A stretch of DNA of 64,000 nucleotides, taken from the NCBI GenBank assembly GCA_965232515.1, contig CBDDPY010000002.1:3072001-3136000 (forward strand). Direction: 5' to 3'. The notes under the pieces were generated by a model that saw nothing but the letters and a program-made list of their open reading frames with translations, did not search any database and was not told the DNA's origin. The position numbers and the translations under genes were made by a program. Origin of the DNA: Alphaproteobacteria bacterium (GTDB lineage Bacteria; Pseudomonadota; Alphaproteobacteria; GCA-2731375). Positions within the stretch are counted from its first letter, which is position 1. Each line of letters starts with the position of its first letter. Below, piece after piece: positions 40,860 through 51,206 of the stretch.

Positions 40860-42032
40860 ATGAACCTGAACGAGAATATTGTCAGCTTCCACGACGAGAT
40901 GACCAAGTGGCGGCGGGATCTGCATCGCCATCCCGAAACCGCGTTCGAGGAATACCGCACCGCCGACATCGTCGCCGAAAAGCTGGAAAGCTTCGGTCTC
41001 GAGGTGCATCGCGGCCTCGCCAAGACCGGCGTCGTCGGCGCGCTGCATGCCGGCGGCGGCAACCGAGCCATCGGGCTGCGCGCGGATATGGACGCGCTGC
41101 ACATCCATGAGCTGAACGAGTTCGAACACCGCTCGGTGAATGACGGCAAGATGCACGCCTGCGGCCATGATGGCCACACGACGATGCTGCTGGGCGCGGC
41201 CAAGCACCTGGCCGAGGCCCGCGATTTCGACGGCACCGTGTATTTCATCTTCCAGCCGGCCGAGGAGAACGAGGCCGGCGGCAAGGTCATGGTCGACGAC
41301 GGTCTGTTCGAGAAATTCGCCGTCGAGAGCGTCTACGGCATGCACAACTTCCCCGGCATCGAGGTCGGCCAGTTCGCCGTGCGCACCGGCCCGCAGATGG
41401 CCTCGGCCGACTTCTTCACCTGCGAGATCAAGGGCGTCGGCGGCCATGGCGCCTTCCCGGACCGGGCCCGCGACCCGGTTGTGGCCGGCGCCGAAATGGT
41501 CATGGCCTTTCAGAACATCGTCAGCCGGCGGCTGAACCCGCTGGAGCCGGCGGTGATCAGCGTGACCCAGTTCCATGCCGGCCATACCGGCAACGTCATT
41601 CCGGAGACCGCCACCCTGAACGGCACGGTCCGGGCCTTCAGCACCAAGGTGCAGGACCAGATCGAAGCGGCCATGCGCGAGATCGCGGCCGGGATCTGCG
41701 CGTCGCACGGCATCGAGATGGACTTCCGCTACGAGCGCAAGTATCCGCCGACAATCAACAGCGCGGACGAGACCAAGATCGCCGCGCGCGCCGCCGCCGC
41801 CGTCGTCGGCGAGGCGAACGTCAACACGAAACTGGAGCCGGTCATGGGCTCGGAGGATTTCGGCTGGATGCTGCTGGAAAAACCGGGCAGTTACATCCTG
41901 GTCGGCAACGGCACCAGCGGGCCTTCGGGCTGCATGGTCCACAACCCGACCTACGACTTCAACGACGAGATCCTGCCGATCGGCGCCAGTTACTGGGTGG
42001 CGCTGGTCCAAGAACTCCTGCCCGCCGCCTGA
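40860..42032 (+). CDS. M20D amidohydrolase (hippurate hydrolase-like)
   Basis: HRHPE, LRADMDAL, MHACGHDGH, FQPAEE, SEDF, VHNP. Confidence 0.95.
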   Translation: MNLNENIVSFHDEMTKWRRDLHRHPETAFEEYRTADIVAEKLESFGLEVHRGLAKTGVVGALHAGGGNRAIGLRADMDALHIHELNEFEHRSVNDGKMHACGHDGHTTMLLGAAKHLAEARDFDGTVYFIFQPAEENEAGGKVMVDDGLFEKFAVESVYGMHNFPGIEVGQFAVRTGPQMASADFFTCEIKGVGGHGAFPDRARDPVVAGAEMVMAFQNIVSRRLNPLEPAVISVTQFHAGHTGNVIPETATLNGTVRAFSTKVQDQIEAAMREIAAGICASHGIEMDFRYERKYPPTINSADETKIAARAAAAVVGEANVNTKLEPVMGSEDFGWMLLEKPGSYILVGNGTSGPSGCMVHNPTYDFNDEILPIGASYWVALVQELLPAA

Positions 42033-42073
42033 GCTCATAGGATTCCACGGCGCCGATAACGGTTCGAAACCAT

Positions 42074-42097
42074 GCGAGACGAGACGTCTCGTCTCGC
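42074..42097. promoter_or_regulatory. Perfect 24-bp palindrome, likely TetR operator
   Basis: GCGAGACGAGAC|GTCTCGTCTCGC, 14 nt upstream of the TetR ATG and abutting a TATA-like -10. Confidence 0.75.
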
Positions 42098-42111
42098 TTA
42101 TATACCGCATC

Positions 42112-42705
42112 ATGTTGATGACGGACCCCTCGCCGCCACGCTCACGCCGCTCGCCGGCAAAGCATCGGGCGATCCTGGCCGCCGCGGCCGACGCCGTGGT
42201 CGCCGACGGCTACCACGCCACCACGATCGAGCACATCGCCGCCCGTGCCGGCGTCGGCAAGCAGACGATCTATCGGTGGTGGCCGTCCAAGCCGGCGTTG
42301 TTTGTCGAGGTCTACAACGATCTCGTGCCGCGAGACGCGCTAAATGCCGATACCGGCGACGTTTTCCGGGATCTCGAAAGCCTGCTCGCCGGGCTGTTCT
42401 CGATCTACCGGCGCACACCGGCGGCCCGGGTGCTGGCCGGCCTGATCGCCGAAGCCCAGCACGACCCGGCCGCTGCCGACGCGGTGCGCGGCGGCCTGGT
42501 AATCGGCCGCCGCGGGCTGCTGACGGAACCGCTGCGGCGCGGCGTCGATCGCGGCCAGCTCGCCGCCGACTTCGACATCGAATGGGCAAGCGACGCCATC
42601 ACCGCGCTGATCTGGCATCGGCTGTTGAGCGGACGCACGCCGTTGACCGATGCCGACGCCCATGACCTGGTGGCGAAGCTGCTGAGCAAACGGGAGGCAA
42701 GCTGA
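42112..42705 (+). CDS. TetR/AcrR family regulator
   Basis: TIEHIAARAGVGKQTIYRWWPSK. Confidence 0.93.
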   Translation: MLMTDPSPPRSRRSPAKHRAILAAAADAVVADGYHATTIEHIAARAGVGKQTIYRWWPSKPALFVEVYNDLVPRDALNADTGDVFRDLESLLAGLFSIYRRTPAARVLAGLIAEAQHDPAAADAVRGGLVIGRRGLLTEPLRRGVDRGQLAADFDIEWASDAITALIWHRLLSGRTPLTDADAHDLVAKLLSKREAS

Positions 42706-43208
42706 TGCCGATCGACAGCCATGTCGAGATCACCGGCTACCGACCTGGCGCGCTGTCACGGGTCTGCGAGATGCAAACTCTCTACTACGCGCGCGAATGG
42801 GATTTCGGCTTGGCCTTCGAGACCAAGATCGCGGCCGAAATGGCGACATTCCTGACGAACTTCGATGCCGAAAAAGATCTGTTCCGCATTGCCGTCCGCG
42901 ACGGCGAGATCCTCGGCTCGATCACCATCATCGGCAACGACATCGGCGCCGATGAAAACATGGCGCATCTGCGTTGGTTCATCATGGATGACCGCCTGCG
43001 CGGCACCGGCACCGGTGGTGAGTTATTGCGCCAGGCCGTCGACTTTTCCCGCGAGAGCGGCCGCCGCGGCATCTACCTCTGGACCTTCGAAGGCCTGACC
43101 GCCGCCCGGCACCTGTATGAAAAAGCGGGCTTCCGACTTGTCGACTCGAATCCGGGTGTGACCTGGGGCAGGCAGGTCACGGAACAGCGTTTCGACCTGT
43201 TGTTCTGA
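42705..43208 (+). CDS. GNAT family N-acetyltransferase
   Basis: AHLRWF, LRGTGTGGELL, ARHLYEKAGF; TGATG overlap with TetR. Confidence 0.92.
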   Translation: MPIDSHVEITGYRPGALSRVCEMQTLYYAREWDFGLAFETKIAAEMATFLTNFDAEKDLFRIAVRDGEILGSITIIGNDIGADENMAHLRWFIMDDRLRGTGTGGELLRQAVDFSRESGRRGIYLWTFEGLTAARHLYEKAGFRLVDSNPGVTWGRQVTEQRFDLLF

Positions 43209-43219
43209 CCAACGCGGCG

Positions 43220-45307
43220 TCAGAGGGCCTTAATCCATACCGCGTTGTCGTGATAGGCGGCGCCGCCGACCGGGGCGGCGGGATCGGCGCCGGTCAGCGC
43301 ATTGATGCCGATGCCCTCCTCGAAGGCGTGGTTCGGCCAGATGCTCTCGACGATCACGACGCCGCGCTGCACGCCGTCGAAAATCTGCGTGTGGATGACG
43401 ATATCGCCGCGCCGGTTGCCCATGCGCACCCGCGCCCCGTCGCCGACGCCGACGCCGAGCGCCGATGCGTCATCGGGATGCAGCATCACCGTCGGCCGCT
43501 GCTCGCGTTTGATCGAGGTCGGCGTCTCGGTGAAGCTGGAATTGAGGTAGTTCCGCGCCGGCGCCGTCACCAGCCGGAACGGCAGCTCGTCGGTGGCCTC
43601 TTCGATCGCCGTCCAATGATCCGGCAGCGCCGGCGGTTCCGAGCCTGCGCCGTTCGGCCCGAAGCCGTGCGGCTTGGGCTCGGACCAATCGACCTTGAAA
43701 TGGAATTTGCCGTCGGCGTGGCCGAAGCCGTGCAGATAGTGCGCCGTCTCGAAATCCGGCTGGCAGTCGATCCAGCGTTCGCGCTTCACCGTCTCGGCGT
43801 CGGGCCAGCCCGAGGATTTCAGCGTCTCGTCGATGATCTCCCAGGGGCTCATCTGGAAACCGCGATGCTCGGCGCCCAGCCGGGACGCCAGCGCGCAGAT
43901 CACCTCATGGTTCGAGCGGCATTCCTCGGGCGGCTCGATCACCTTAGCGCCCATCAGGATGTGCTGGTGGCCGCCGCCCTGATAAAAGTCGTCGTGCTCC
44001 AGGAACATCGTCGCCGGCAGCACGATATCGGCCATTTTCGCCGTCTCGGTCAGGAACTGCTCGTGCACGCAGACGAACAGATCGTCGCGGTTGAAGCCGG
44101 TATGCACCTTATTCAAATCGGGCGCGATCATCATCGGGTTGGTGTTCTGAATCAACAGCGCCGATACCGGCGGTCCACCATGCAACGCCTCGGCATCGCC
44201 CGTCAGGATCGGCCCGATGCGGGCCTGATCGAGCACGCGGATCGATTTGTCGCGCGCATCCAGACCCTCGATCAGGGTCTTGTCCCAGTGAAAGATCGCC
44301 CCGTTGTTGTGAAAGGCGCCGCCGCCCTCGTACTGCCAGGCGCCCGTCACCGCGGCGATGCAGAGCGCCGCGTGCATGTTCACCGACCCATTGCGGCCGC
44401 GCGTGAAGCCATAGCCCAGCCTCAGGAAAGTCCGCTTGTTTTCGCCGATCAGCTTGGCGAAGGCCTCGATCTCGTCGACGCCCAGGCCGGTGATCTCCGA
44501 CGCCCATGCCGGTGTGCGCGACTGCAAATGCTGCTCCAGCTCGGTCGGCACGTCGGTATAGCGCTCGAGATAGGTGCGGTCGGCATAGCCGTCGCGGAAC
44601 AGCACGTGCATCACAGCGCAGGCGAGCGCGCCGTCGGTGCCCGGCCGCACGCAGAGGTGCATATCGGCCTGCTGCGCCGTGCCGTTGCGGTAGGTGTCGA
44701 CGGCGACGATCTTGGCCTGGCGTTCCTTGCGCGCCTTGACCGCATGCGTCATCACATTGACCTGGGTATTCACCGGATTGGTGCCCCAGATCACCACGAC
44801 ATCGGCCTTGGCCATCTCGCGCGGGTCGACGCCGGCGAGCTTGCCGGTGCCGGCGATGAAACCGGTGAAGGCCAACGTGGTGCAAACCGTCGAATACTGG
44901 CCGGAATAATTCTTCGCGTGCCGCAGACGGTTGATTCCGTCGCGCATCACCAGGCCCATGGTGCCGGCGTAGTAGTAGGGCCAGACGGCTTCCGAACCGT
45001 GCGCCTGCTCGGCCCGCAACATGCCCTCGGCGACCGCGTCCAGCGCGTCATCCCAGGAAATTCGCTCGAACCGGTCCGACCCCTTCGGCCCGACCCGGCG
45101 CATCGGATATTTCAGCCGGTCCGGGTGATGAATACGCTCCGCATAACGGGCGACCTTGGCGCAGATCACACCGTCGGTGTAGAGATTCTCGGCAGCGCCG
45201 CGCACCCGCCCAATGGTAAAATCGTCCAGTTTTTCGACCTCCAGCGCGCAGGTCGACGGACAGTCGTGCGGACAGGCGCTGGGATGGATCTCCGGCTTGG
45301 CGTTCAT
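43220..45307 (-). CDS. Molybdopterin (bis-MGD) oxidoreductase family protein
   Basis: CPHDCPSTC...ICAKV Fe-S domain, WGTNP, ADIVLPATMFLE, LNSSF. Confidence 0.93.
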   Translation of the reverse strand: MNAKPEIHPSACPHDCPSTCALEVEKLDDFTIGRVRGAAENLYTDGVICAKVARYAERIHHPDRLKYPMRRVGPKGSDRFERISWDDALDAVAEGMLRAEQAHGSEAVWPYYYAGTMGLVMRDGINRLRHAKNYSGQYSTVCTTLAFTGFIAGTGKLAGVDPREMAKADVVVIWGTNPVNTQVNVMTHAVKARKERQAKIVAVDTYRNGTAQQADMHLCVRPGTDGALACAVMHVLFRDGYADRTYLERYTDVPTELEQHLQSRTPAWASEITGLGVDEIEAFAKLIGENKRTFLRLGYGFTRGRNGSVNMHAALCIAAVTGAWQYEGGGAFHNNGAIFHWDKTLIEGLDARDKSIRVLDQARIGPILTGDAEALHGGPPVSALLIQNTNPMMIAPDLNKVHTGFNRDDLFVCVHEQFLTETAKMADIVLPATMFLEHDDFYQGGGHQHILMGAKVIEPPEECRSNHEVICALASRLGAEHRGFQMSPWEIIDETLKSSGWPDAETVKRERWIDCQPDFETAHYLHGFGHADGKFHFKVDWSEPKPHGFGPNGAGSEPPALPDHWTAIEEATDELPFRLVTAPARNYLNSSFTETPTSIKREQRPTVMLHPDDASALGVGVGDGARVRMGNRRGDIVIHTQIFDGVQRGVVIVESIWPNHAFEEGIGINALTGADPAAPVGGAAYHDNAVWIKAL

Positions 45308-45541
45308 TGGCTCGTCCCTGGAATTGCGGCCTGATTATCCTCGTCTCACGTCGGCACGGCAAGCCGTCGCCTGGTTAGCTGTTTGGAAACGCCTCTACCG
45401 GCACGAAAACGGGCCGGTCGTCCCGTATTTTGATCAGACTCTCTACGCACCCAATTTGTCGCCGATTCACCACGCGTGGTATGTTATGCAGCAACTTTTC
45501 GTGGCACGAACTGCGACCTTGCACCGCCCTGCCCTCGGAAT

Positions 45542-47329
45542 ATGGCTCAAAACCAAGCAGATTCGACCGGCGCGCTGCTGACCCGGCTGTTGCGCGAAAA
45601 AGTGCGGCCCCATGCCGGCCGCATCGTGCTGGCCGCCGTCTGCATGGCGCTGGTCGCGGCCTTGACCGGCGCCAATGCCTGGCTGCTGCAGCCAGCCATC
45701 GACGAGGTCTTCATCAAGCAGTCGACACTGATGCTGTATCTGGTGCCGGCAGCCGTGCTGGCGGTGGCCGTGGCCAAGGGCCTGGCGACCTATGGCCAGA
45801 GCGTGTTGATGGCGAATGTGGGGCAGCGCATCATCGCCGAGACACAGGTGCAGATGTATGCCCGGCTGATTCGCGCCGATCTGGCGCATCTGCACGAAAT
45901 CCATACCGGCAAGCTGATCTCCAGCTTTCTTTACGACGCCAACTTGCTGCGCGACGCGGTCAGCCGGGCGATTACCGGCATCGTCAAGGATCTGCTGACA
46001 GTCGTCGCGTTGGCCGTCGTCATGTTTATCCAGGACTGGAAACTGGCGTTTCTGACCATCTTTGTCTTCCCCCTCGCGGGTTTCGCCATCCGCAAGCTCG
46101 GCAAGCGCATGCGCAAGGTATCGGCCGCGACCCAGGTCGAGACCGGCAAGCTGACCCAGCATCTTGCGGAAACCCTGGACGGCGTCCGGCTGGTCAAGGC
46201 CTATGGCATGGAAGCGCACGAAACCGCTCGCGCCGGCGAGGCCGTCGAGCGGCGGCTGAAACATATTCTGAAGGGTATCCGAACGCGCTCGGCCGCGGCG
46301 CCGTTCACGGAGGCGCTGGGCGGCATCGCCGTTGCCGTCGCCATCCTCTATGGCGGCTGGCAGGCCCACGCCGGCGCGATGACGCTCGGCGCCTTCACCT
46401 CATTTCTGGCCGCGCTGCTGCTGGCCTACCAGCCGGTAAAGAGCCTGGCGAGCCTGAACGCGGCGCTGCAGGAGGGCCTGGCCGCGGCGCAGCGGATCTT
46501 CCAGGTACTGGACCGCGAGCCGCAGATCGTCGATGCGTCCGATGCCAAGCCGCTGTCCGTCACGGGCGGCGAAGTCGTGTTCGAACGGGTCGGCTTCCGC
46601 TATGTCGACGGCGCGCCTGCGGTGACCGATGTCAATCTGACGGCGCCAGCCGGTAAAACGGTGGCGCTGGTCGGCCCGTCGGGCGCCGGCAAGTCGACGC
46701 TTCTTAACCTGATGCCGCGGTTCTACGACGCGACCGACGGCCGGATCACCATCGACGGCCAGGATGTCCGCGACGTCACCATCGCCTCGCTGCGGGCGGC
46801 GATCTCGTTGGTCAGTCAGGACACGACGTTGTTCGACGACAGCGTCCGCGCCAACATCGCTTACGGCCGCCTCGATGCCGACGAGGACGAGATCGTGGCC
46901 GCGGCCAAGGCCGCAGCGGCGCACGACTTCATCATGGCCCTGCCCCATGGCTATGACACCACTGTGGGCGAAGACGGCGTCAAGCTGTCCGGCGGCCAAC
47001 GCCAGCGCGTCGCCATCGCCCGGGCGATGCTGAAGAACGCGCCGATCCTCCTGTTGGACGAGGCGACGTCGGCGCTCGATTCCGAATCCGAACGCCAGGT
47101 TCAAGCCGCTCTGACGGAACTGATGCAGGGCCGGACCACGCTGGTCATCGCCCATCGATTGTCGACGGTGGTGGCGGCCGACCGGATTTACGTGATTGAG
47201 AATGGCAGCATTATCGAAGCCGGCAGCCATGCGGAACTGCTCGCCCGCGGTGGCCGCTATGCCAAGCTCTACGCCCTGCAGTTCGACGACGAGCAGCAGC
47301 AGGTGCGGCTGGCCGGCGCCAGCGGTTGA
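45542..47329 (+). CDS. msbA: Lipid A flippase-type ABC transporter
   Basis: TM domain plus GPSGAGKST, LSGGQRQR, LDEATSALD; heads the waaA-lpxK cluster. Confidence 0.8.
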   Translation: MAQNQADSTGALLTRLLREKVRPHAGRIVLAAVCMALVAALTGANAWLLQPAIDEVFIKQSTLMLYLVPAAVLAVAVAKGLATYGQSVLMANVGQRIIAETQVQMYARLIRADLAHLHEIHTGKLISSFLYDANLLRDAVSRAITGIVKDLLTVVALAVVMFIQDWKLAFLTIFVFPLAGFAIRKLGKRMRKVSAATQVETGKLTQHLAETLDGVRLVKAYGMEAHETARAGEAVERRLKHILKGIRTRSAAAPFTEALGGIAVAVAILYGGWQAHAGAMTLGAFTSFLAALLLAYQPVKSLASLNAALQEGLAAAQRIFQVLDREPQIVDASDAKPLSVTGGEVVFERVGFRYVDGAPAVTDVNLTAPAGKTVALVGPSGAGKSTLLNLMPRFYDATDGRITIDGQDVRDVTIASLRAAISLVSQDTTLFDDSVRANIAYGRLDADEDEIVAAAKAAAAHDFIMALPHGYDTTVGEDGVKLSGGQRQRVAIARAMLKNAPILLLDEATSALDSESERQVQAALTELMQGRTTLVIAHRLSTVVAADRIYVIENGSIIEAGSHAELLARGGRYAKLYALQFDDEQQQVRLAGASG

Positions 47330-47338
47330 TCCGGTTCC

Positions 47339-48073
47339 GTGCGCCTGAGCAAACGCATTCTGCGAAGCAACGCGGTACACGGCATCGTCTGTTGGCTGAC
47401 CGCGCAATACATTCGGCTGTGCTACGCGACCGGCCGCTGGCAGGTCATCGGCGGCGAAATCCCCGGCCGGCTTTGGGATCGGCAACTCCCCTTCATTCTC
47501 GCCTACTGGCATGGGCGCCTGTTGATGATGCCGTATAGCTGGCGGCGGTCGCAGCCGGTCCGGGTGCTGATCTCGCAGCATCGCGACGGCGAACTGATCG
47601 CTCGGACCATCGGGCATTTTGGCTTCGACACAATCCGCGGCTCGAAGCAGAAAGCGGGAAAAGAGAGGGACAAGGGTGGCGCCGCGGCACTGCGGGCGAT
47701 GATGAAGGCGCTGAAATCAGGCGAGTGCATTAACATCACGCCCGATGGACCGAATGGTCCCCGGATGCGCGCCAGCGACGGGATTGTCACACTGGCGCGG
47801 CTCAGCGGCGTCCCGATCGTTCCGTTGGGTCAAGCGACGTCGCGCCGCATAACCTTGAACACCTGGGACCGGTTCGTCATCCCGTTGCCGTTCAGCAGGG
47901 GCGTCTTTGTCTGGGGCACGCCCATCGAAGTGCCGCGCGCGCTCGACGCAGAAGCGCTGGAGGATGTCCGGCTGTCGGTCGAAACCGCACTCAACGCCGT
48001 ATCGGATGCCGCCGACCGCGAGGTCGGCCAGCAATCGATCGAACCGGCCCCCTTGGGACAGACCTCGACATGA
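47339..48073 (+). CDS. DUF374 / lysophospholipid acyltransferase family protein
   Basis: WHGRL, LISQHRDGE, ITPDGPNGP, WDRFVIPLPF. Confidence 0.9.
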   Translation: MRLSKRILRSNAVHGIVCWLTAQYIRLCYATGRWQVIGGEIPGRLWDRQLPFILAYWHGRLLMMPYSWRRSQPVRVLISQHRDGELIARTIGHFGFDTIRGSKQKAGKERDKGGAAALRAMMKALKSGECINITPDGPNGPRMRASDGIVTLARLSGVPIVPLGQATSRRITLNTWDRFVIPLPFSRGVFVWGTPIEVPRALDAEALEDVRLSVETALNAVSDAADREVGQQSIEPAPLGQTST

Positions 48074-49371
48074 CATCGTCCCTCGTCACGCCTTTCCTTT
48101 ATCGCACGGCGACAAAGGTGTGCAGCCCGCTGATCAACACCTATCTGCGTCGTCGCCTGGCCCAAGGCAAGGAGGACGGCGCCCGGTTCCGGGAGCGACT
48201 GGGCTTTCCCAGTCAGCCCCGCCCTCACGGCATTCTGATCTGGGTACATGCGGCAAGCGTCGGGGAATCGATGTCGGTGCTGCCGCTGATCGAGGCGCTG
48301 GTCGCCGAGCGGTCGGACATGCATGTCCTTCTGACCACCGGCACCGTAACGTCGGCCAAGCTCATGGGAAGCCGGTTGCCCGCTCGCGCCTTTCACCAAT
48401 ACGTGCCCGTCGACCGCATTGCCGGGGTGCGCAGCTTTCTCGACCATTGGCGGCCCGACCTCGCCATCTGGGTCGAGTCGGAGTTCTGGCCGAACCTGAT
48501 CATGGAGACCCACGGCCGAGGCGTGCCCATGCTGTTGCTGAACGCGCGGGTATCGGAAGCCTCGTTTCAGAACTGGCAGCGCTATCCCCGCCTGATCGCG
48601 CCGATGCTGCAATGCTTCGATCTTTGCCTGGCGCAGACGTTGACGGATATCGGTCGCCTGACCTCGCTCGGCGCCGCCAGCGCAACCTGTCGCGGCAACC
48701 TGAAATGGGCCGGCAATCCATTGCCGGCGGAAGGGAAAGACCTGGAAAAGCTTGACCGCATGTTCGGTGACCGGCCACGCTGGCTCGCCGCCAGCACGCA
48801 TGCAGACGAAGAACTGATCATCGGCGAGGCGCATAAGATCCTGCGCCGCAACTTTGCCGGAACGCTGACCGTCATCGTGCCGCGGCATCCCAATCGCGGG
48901 CCCGAGATCGCCAAGGCGCTGAAAGAGGCCGGATTGAAGGTCCGCCGCCGGGCCGGATTCGAGCCGGCGGATGCCGAGACCGACATTTATCTGGCCGACA
49001 CCATCGGCGAACTCGGTCTGTTCTATCGTCTGGCCGATATCGTCTTTGTCGGCGGGTCGTTGATTCCCCATGGCGGTCAGAACCCGTTGGAGGCGGCGCG
49101 TCTCGATTCCGCGATCCTGTACGGGCCGCACATGTTCAACTTCTCCGAAACGGTCGATGCGCTTGAAGCCGCCAACGCCACCGCGACCGTCACCGACGCC
49201 GCCAGCCTGGCGGCCGAAATCATGCGGCTGACGAAGGACGAGGGTCTTCTGGACCGCCGGGCGTTGGCCGCCGCCAAGGTCGCGGCCGAAGGCCGGGAGG
49301 TGCTCGAAGCGGTCAAATCGGAGATACTCGGATTCCTGCCACCGGCCGAGAGCCTGCGTGAAAGCGCCTGA
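48070..49371 (+). CDS. waaA: Kdo transferase
   Basis: WVHAASVGE, ESEFWPN, ASTH, VPRHP, DTIGELG, GGQNPLE. Confidence 0.96.
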   Translation: MTSSLVTPFLYRTATKVCSPLINTYLRRRLAQGKEDGARFRERLGFPSQPRPHGILIWVHAASVGESMSVLPLIEALVAERSDMHVLLTTGTVTSAKLMGSRLPARAFHQYVPVDRIAGVRSFLDHWRPDLAIWVESEFWPNLIMETHGRGVPMLLLNARVSEASFQNWQRYPRLIAPMLQCFDLCLAQTLTDIGRLTSLGAASATCRGNLKWAGNPLPAEGKDLEKLDRMFGDRPRWLAASTHADEELIIGEAHKILRRNFAGTLTVIVPRHPNRGPEIAKALKEAGLKVRRRAGFEPADAETDIYLADTIGELGLFYRLADIVFVGGSLIPHGGQNPLEAARLDSAILYGPHMFNFSETVDALEAANATATVTDAASLAAEIMRLTKDEGLLDRRALAAAKVAAEGREVLEAVKSEILGFLPPAESLRESA

Positions 49372-50341
49372 GTTCTGGCGCTACGACGGCGCGCTTTCGC
49401 GGCTGCTGGCGCCGGCCGCTTGGGCCTATCAGGTCGGGACCGATCTGAACCGCCGCCGCGTGACGCCGAGAGGCGTCGGGACGACGGTGATCTGTATTGG
49501 CAATCTGGTTGCCGGCGGCGCCGGTAAGACGCCGACCGCGCTGGCCCTTGCCGGGATGCTGCGCGGTCGCGGGCGGCGGCCGCATTTCCTGACCCGCGGC
49601 TATGGCGGACGCATTTCGGGGCCGGTTCGCGTCGACCCGGCGCTGCACACGGTGGCCGAGGTCGGCGACGAGGCCCTGCTGCTGGCGGCGCGGGCGCCGA
49701 CCTGGCTGGCCCACGACCGCGTCGCCGGCGCAACGGCGGCGGTTGCCGCCGACGCCGATACCATCGTCATGGACGACGGTTTTCAGAACCCTTCATTGAT
49801 CAAAGACCTGTCCATCCTGGTCATCGATGCCGGTTATGGCTTCGGTAATGCACGGCTGCTGCCGGCTGGCCCCCTGCGCGAGCCGGCGCGGCATGGCCTG
49901 GCGCGCGCCGATGCCGTCGTGCTGATCGAAACCGCTGGCGCCGCCGCGCGGGCGCCGCTGCCAGTCTTGCCGAAACACCTGCCCGTGCTGCCGGCGCGAC
50001 TGATCCCCGACGAGGACGCCATGCGTTTCGCCGGCCGCCGCGTGTTCGCCTTCGCCGGCATCGGCCGGCCGGAGAAGTTCTTTCACACCGTCCGGTCCGT
50101 CGGCGCCGAACTGGTCGGACAACGCAGCTTCCGCGACCATCACGTCTACGATCCGCAGGAAATCATGCGCCTGGTCGAGGACGCCAGTGCCGCCGACGCC
50201 ATCCCGGTCACCACGGCCAAGGATCACGTGCGCCTGCCTGCCGAAGCCCGGCCCATGGTCGAAGTCCTGAATGTGCATCTGGCGTTCGACGCCCCGACGG
50301 CCGTGATGGAGCTGCTCGACAGCGTGGCTGTGAATGCTTAG
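49358..50341 (+). CDS. lpxK: Tetraacyldisaccharide 4'-kinase
   Basis: GNLVAGGAGKTP, RGYGG, DDGFQN, LPAGPLRE, TTAKD. Confidence 0.96.
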   Translation: MKAPEFWRYDGALSRLLAPAAWAYQVGTDLNRRRVTPRGVGTTVICIGNLVAGGAGKTPTALALAGMLRGRGRRPHFLTRGYGGRISGPVRVDPALHTVAEVGDEALLLAARAPTWLAHDRVAGATAAVAADADTIVMDDGFQNPSLIKDLSILVIDAGYGFGNARLLPAGPLREPARHGLARADAVVLIETAGAAARAPLPVLPKHLPVLPARLIPDEDAMRFAGRRVFAFAGIGRPEKFFHTVRSVGAELVGQRSFRDHHVYDPQEIMRLVEDASAADAIPVTTAKDHVRLPAEARPMVEVLNVHLAFDAPTAVMELLDSVAVNA

Positions 50342-51197
50342 CGACCGTTTGGCGGCCGCGGCGGCGCACGTCTTCTATCGCCTGTTCGGCATGCTGCCGC
50401 TGGATATGGCATCGGCGCTGGGCGGCGGTCTCGGCCGGCTGGTCGGCCGGTTCGCCGGCGGCGCGTCGCGGCAGGCGCGCCGAAACCTAACCCATGTTTT
50501 GCCGGACGTACCTGTCGCGGCAACCCTGTCGGAGATGTGGGCGCATCTCGGCCGCTGCATCGCCGAACTGCCGCATCTCGATCGGATGACGTTCACGGAC
50601 GAGCCGGGCGGCCGGATCGAGATTGTCGGCCGCGACACGCTGAACGCCCTGGCCGCGGATGGCGGTCCGGCGTTGTTCATGACCGGTCATATCGGCAATT
50701 GGGAGATTCTGCCGATCGTCGCCCAGCGTCACGGCATCGACATGCACCTGGTCTACCGCGCCGCCAACAACGCGGCCGTCGATCGGCTGGTCCGCCGGTC
50801 GCGCGAGACCCGGGTCGCCGGGCAGATCCCCAAGGGCGCAGGCGGTGCGCGGCAGATCCTTTCGGTGCTGTCGAAGGGCGGTGTCGTCGGCATGCTGGTC
50901 GACCAGAAGATGAACGACGGCATCTCGGCGCCGTTCTTCGGCCGCGAGGCCATGACCGCGCCGGCGCTGGCGCAACTGGCATTGCGGTTCAAGGCCCGGG
51001 TCATCCCGGCGGTCTGCGAACGGCTCGGCGGCGCGCATTTCCGGGTCACTGTGCTGCCGCCGATGCCGCTGCCGGATAGCGGCGACCGCGCGGCCGATGT
51101 GCTGACGCTGACGACACAGTGTAACGCGCTGCTGGAGCAATGGATCCGCGCCCGACCGGCGCAATGGCTGTGGCCGCACCGGCGCTGGCCGGATTGA
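50334..51197 (+). CDS. Lipid A late acyltransferase (LpxL/HtrB family)
   Basis: HIGNWE, LVDQK, PFFG, QWLWPHRRW. Confidence 0.92.
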   Translation: MLSDRLAAAAAHVFYRLFGMLPLDMASALGGGLGRLVGRFAGGASRQARRNLTHVLPDVPVAATLSEMWAHLGRCIAELPHLDRMTFTDEPGGRIEIVGRDTLNALAADGGPALFMTGHIGNWEILPIVAQRHGIDMHLVYRAANNAAVDRLVRRSRETRVAGQIPKGAGGARQILSVLSKGGVVGMLVDQKMNDGISAPFFGREAMTAPALAQLALRFKARVIPAVCERLGGAHFRVTVLPPMPLPDSGDRAADVLTLTTQCNALLEQWIRARPAQWLWPHRRWPD

Positions 51198-51206
51198 CCG
51201 CTGCCG

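Noticed and set aside
43440-43460. Short GCCGAC tandem repeat (GVGVG) in the Mo enzyme
   Set aside because: In-frame 6-bp microduplication in a probable loop; no evidence of function
43250-45334. 694-aa plus-strand ORF; also selenocysteine in the Mo enzyme
   Set aside because: Antisense shadow of the molybdoenzyme, which has no in-frame TGA
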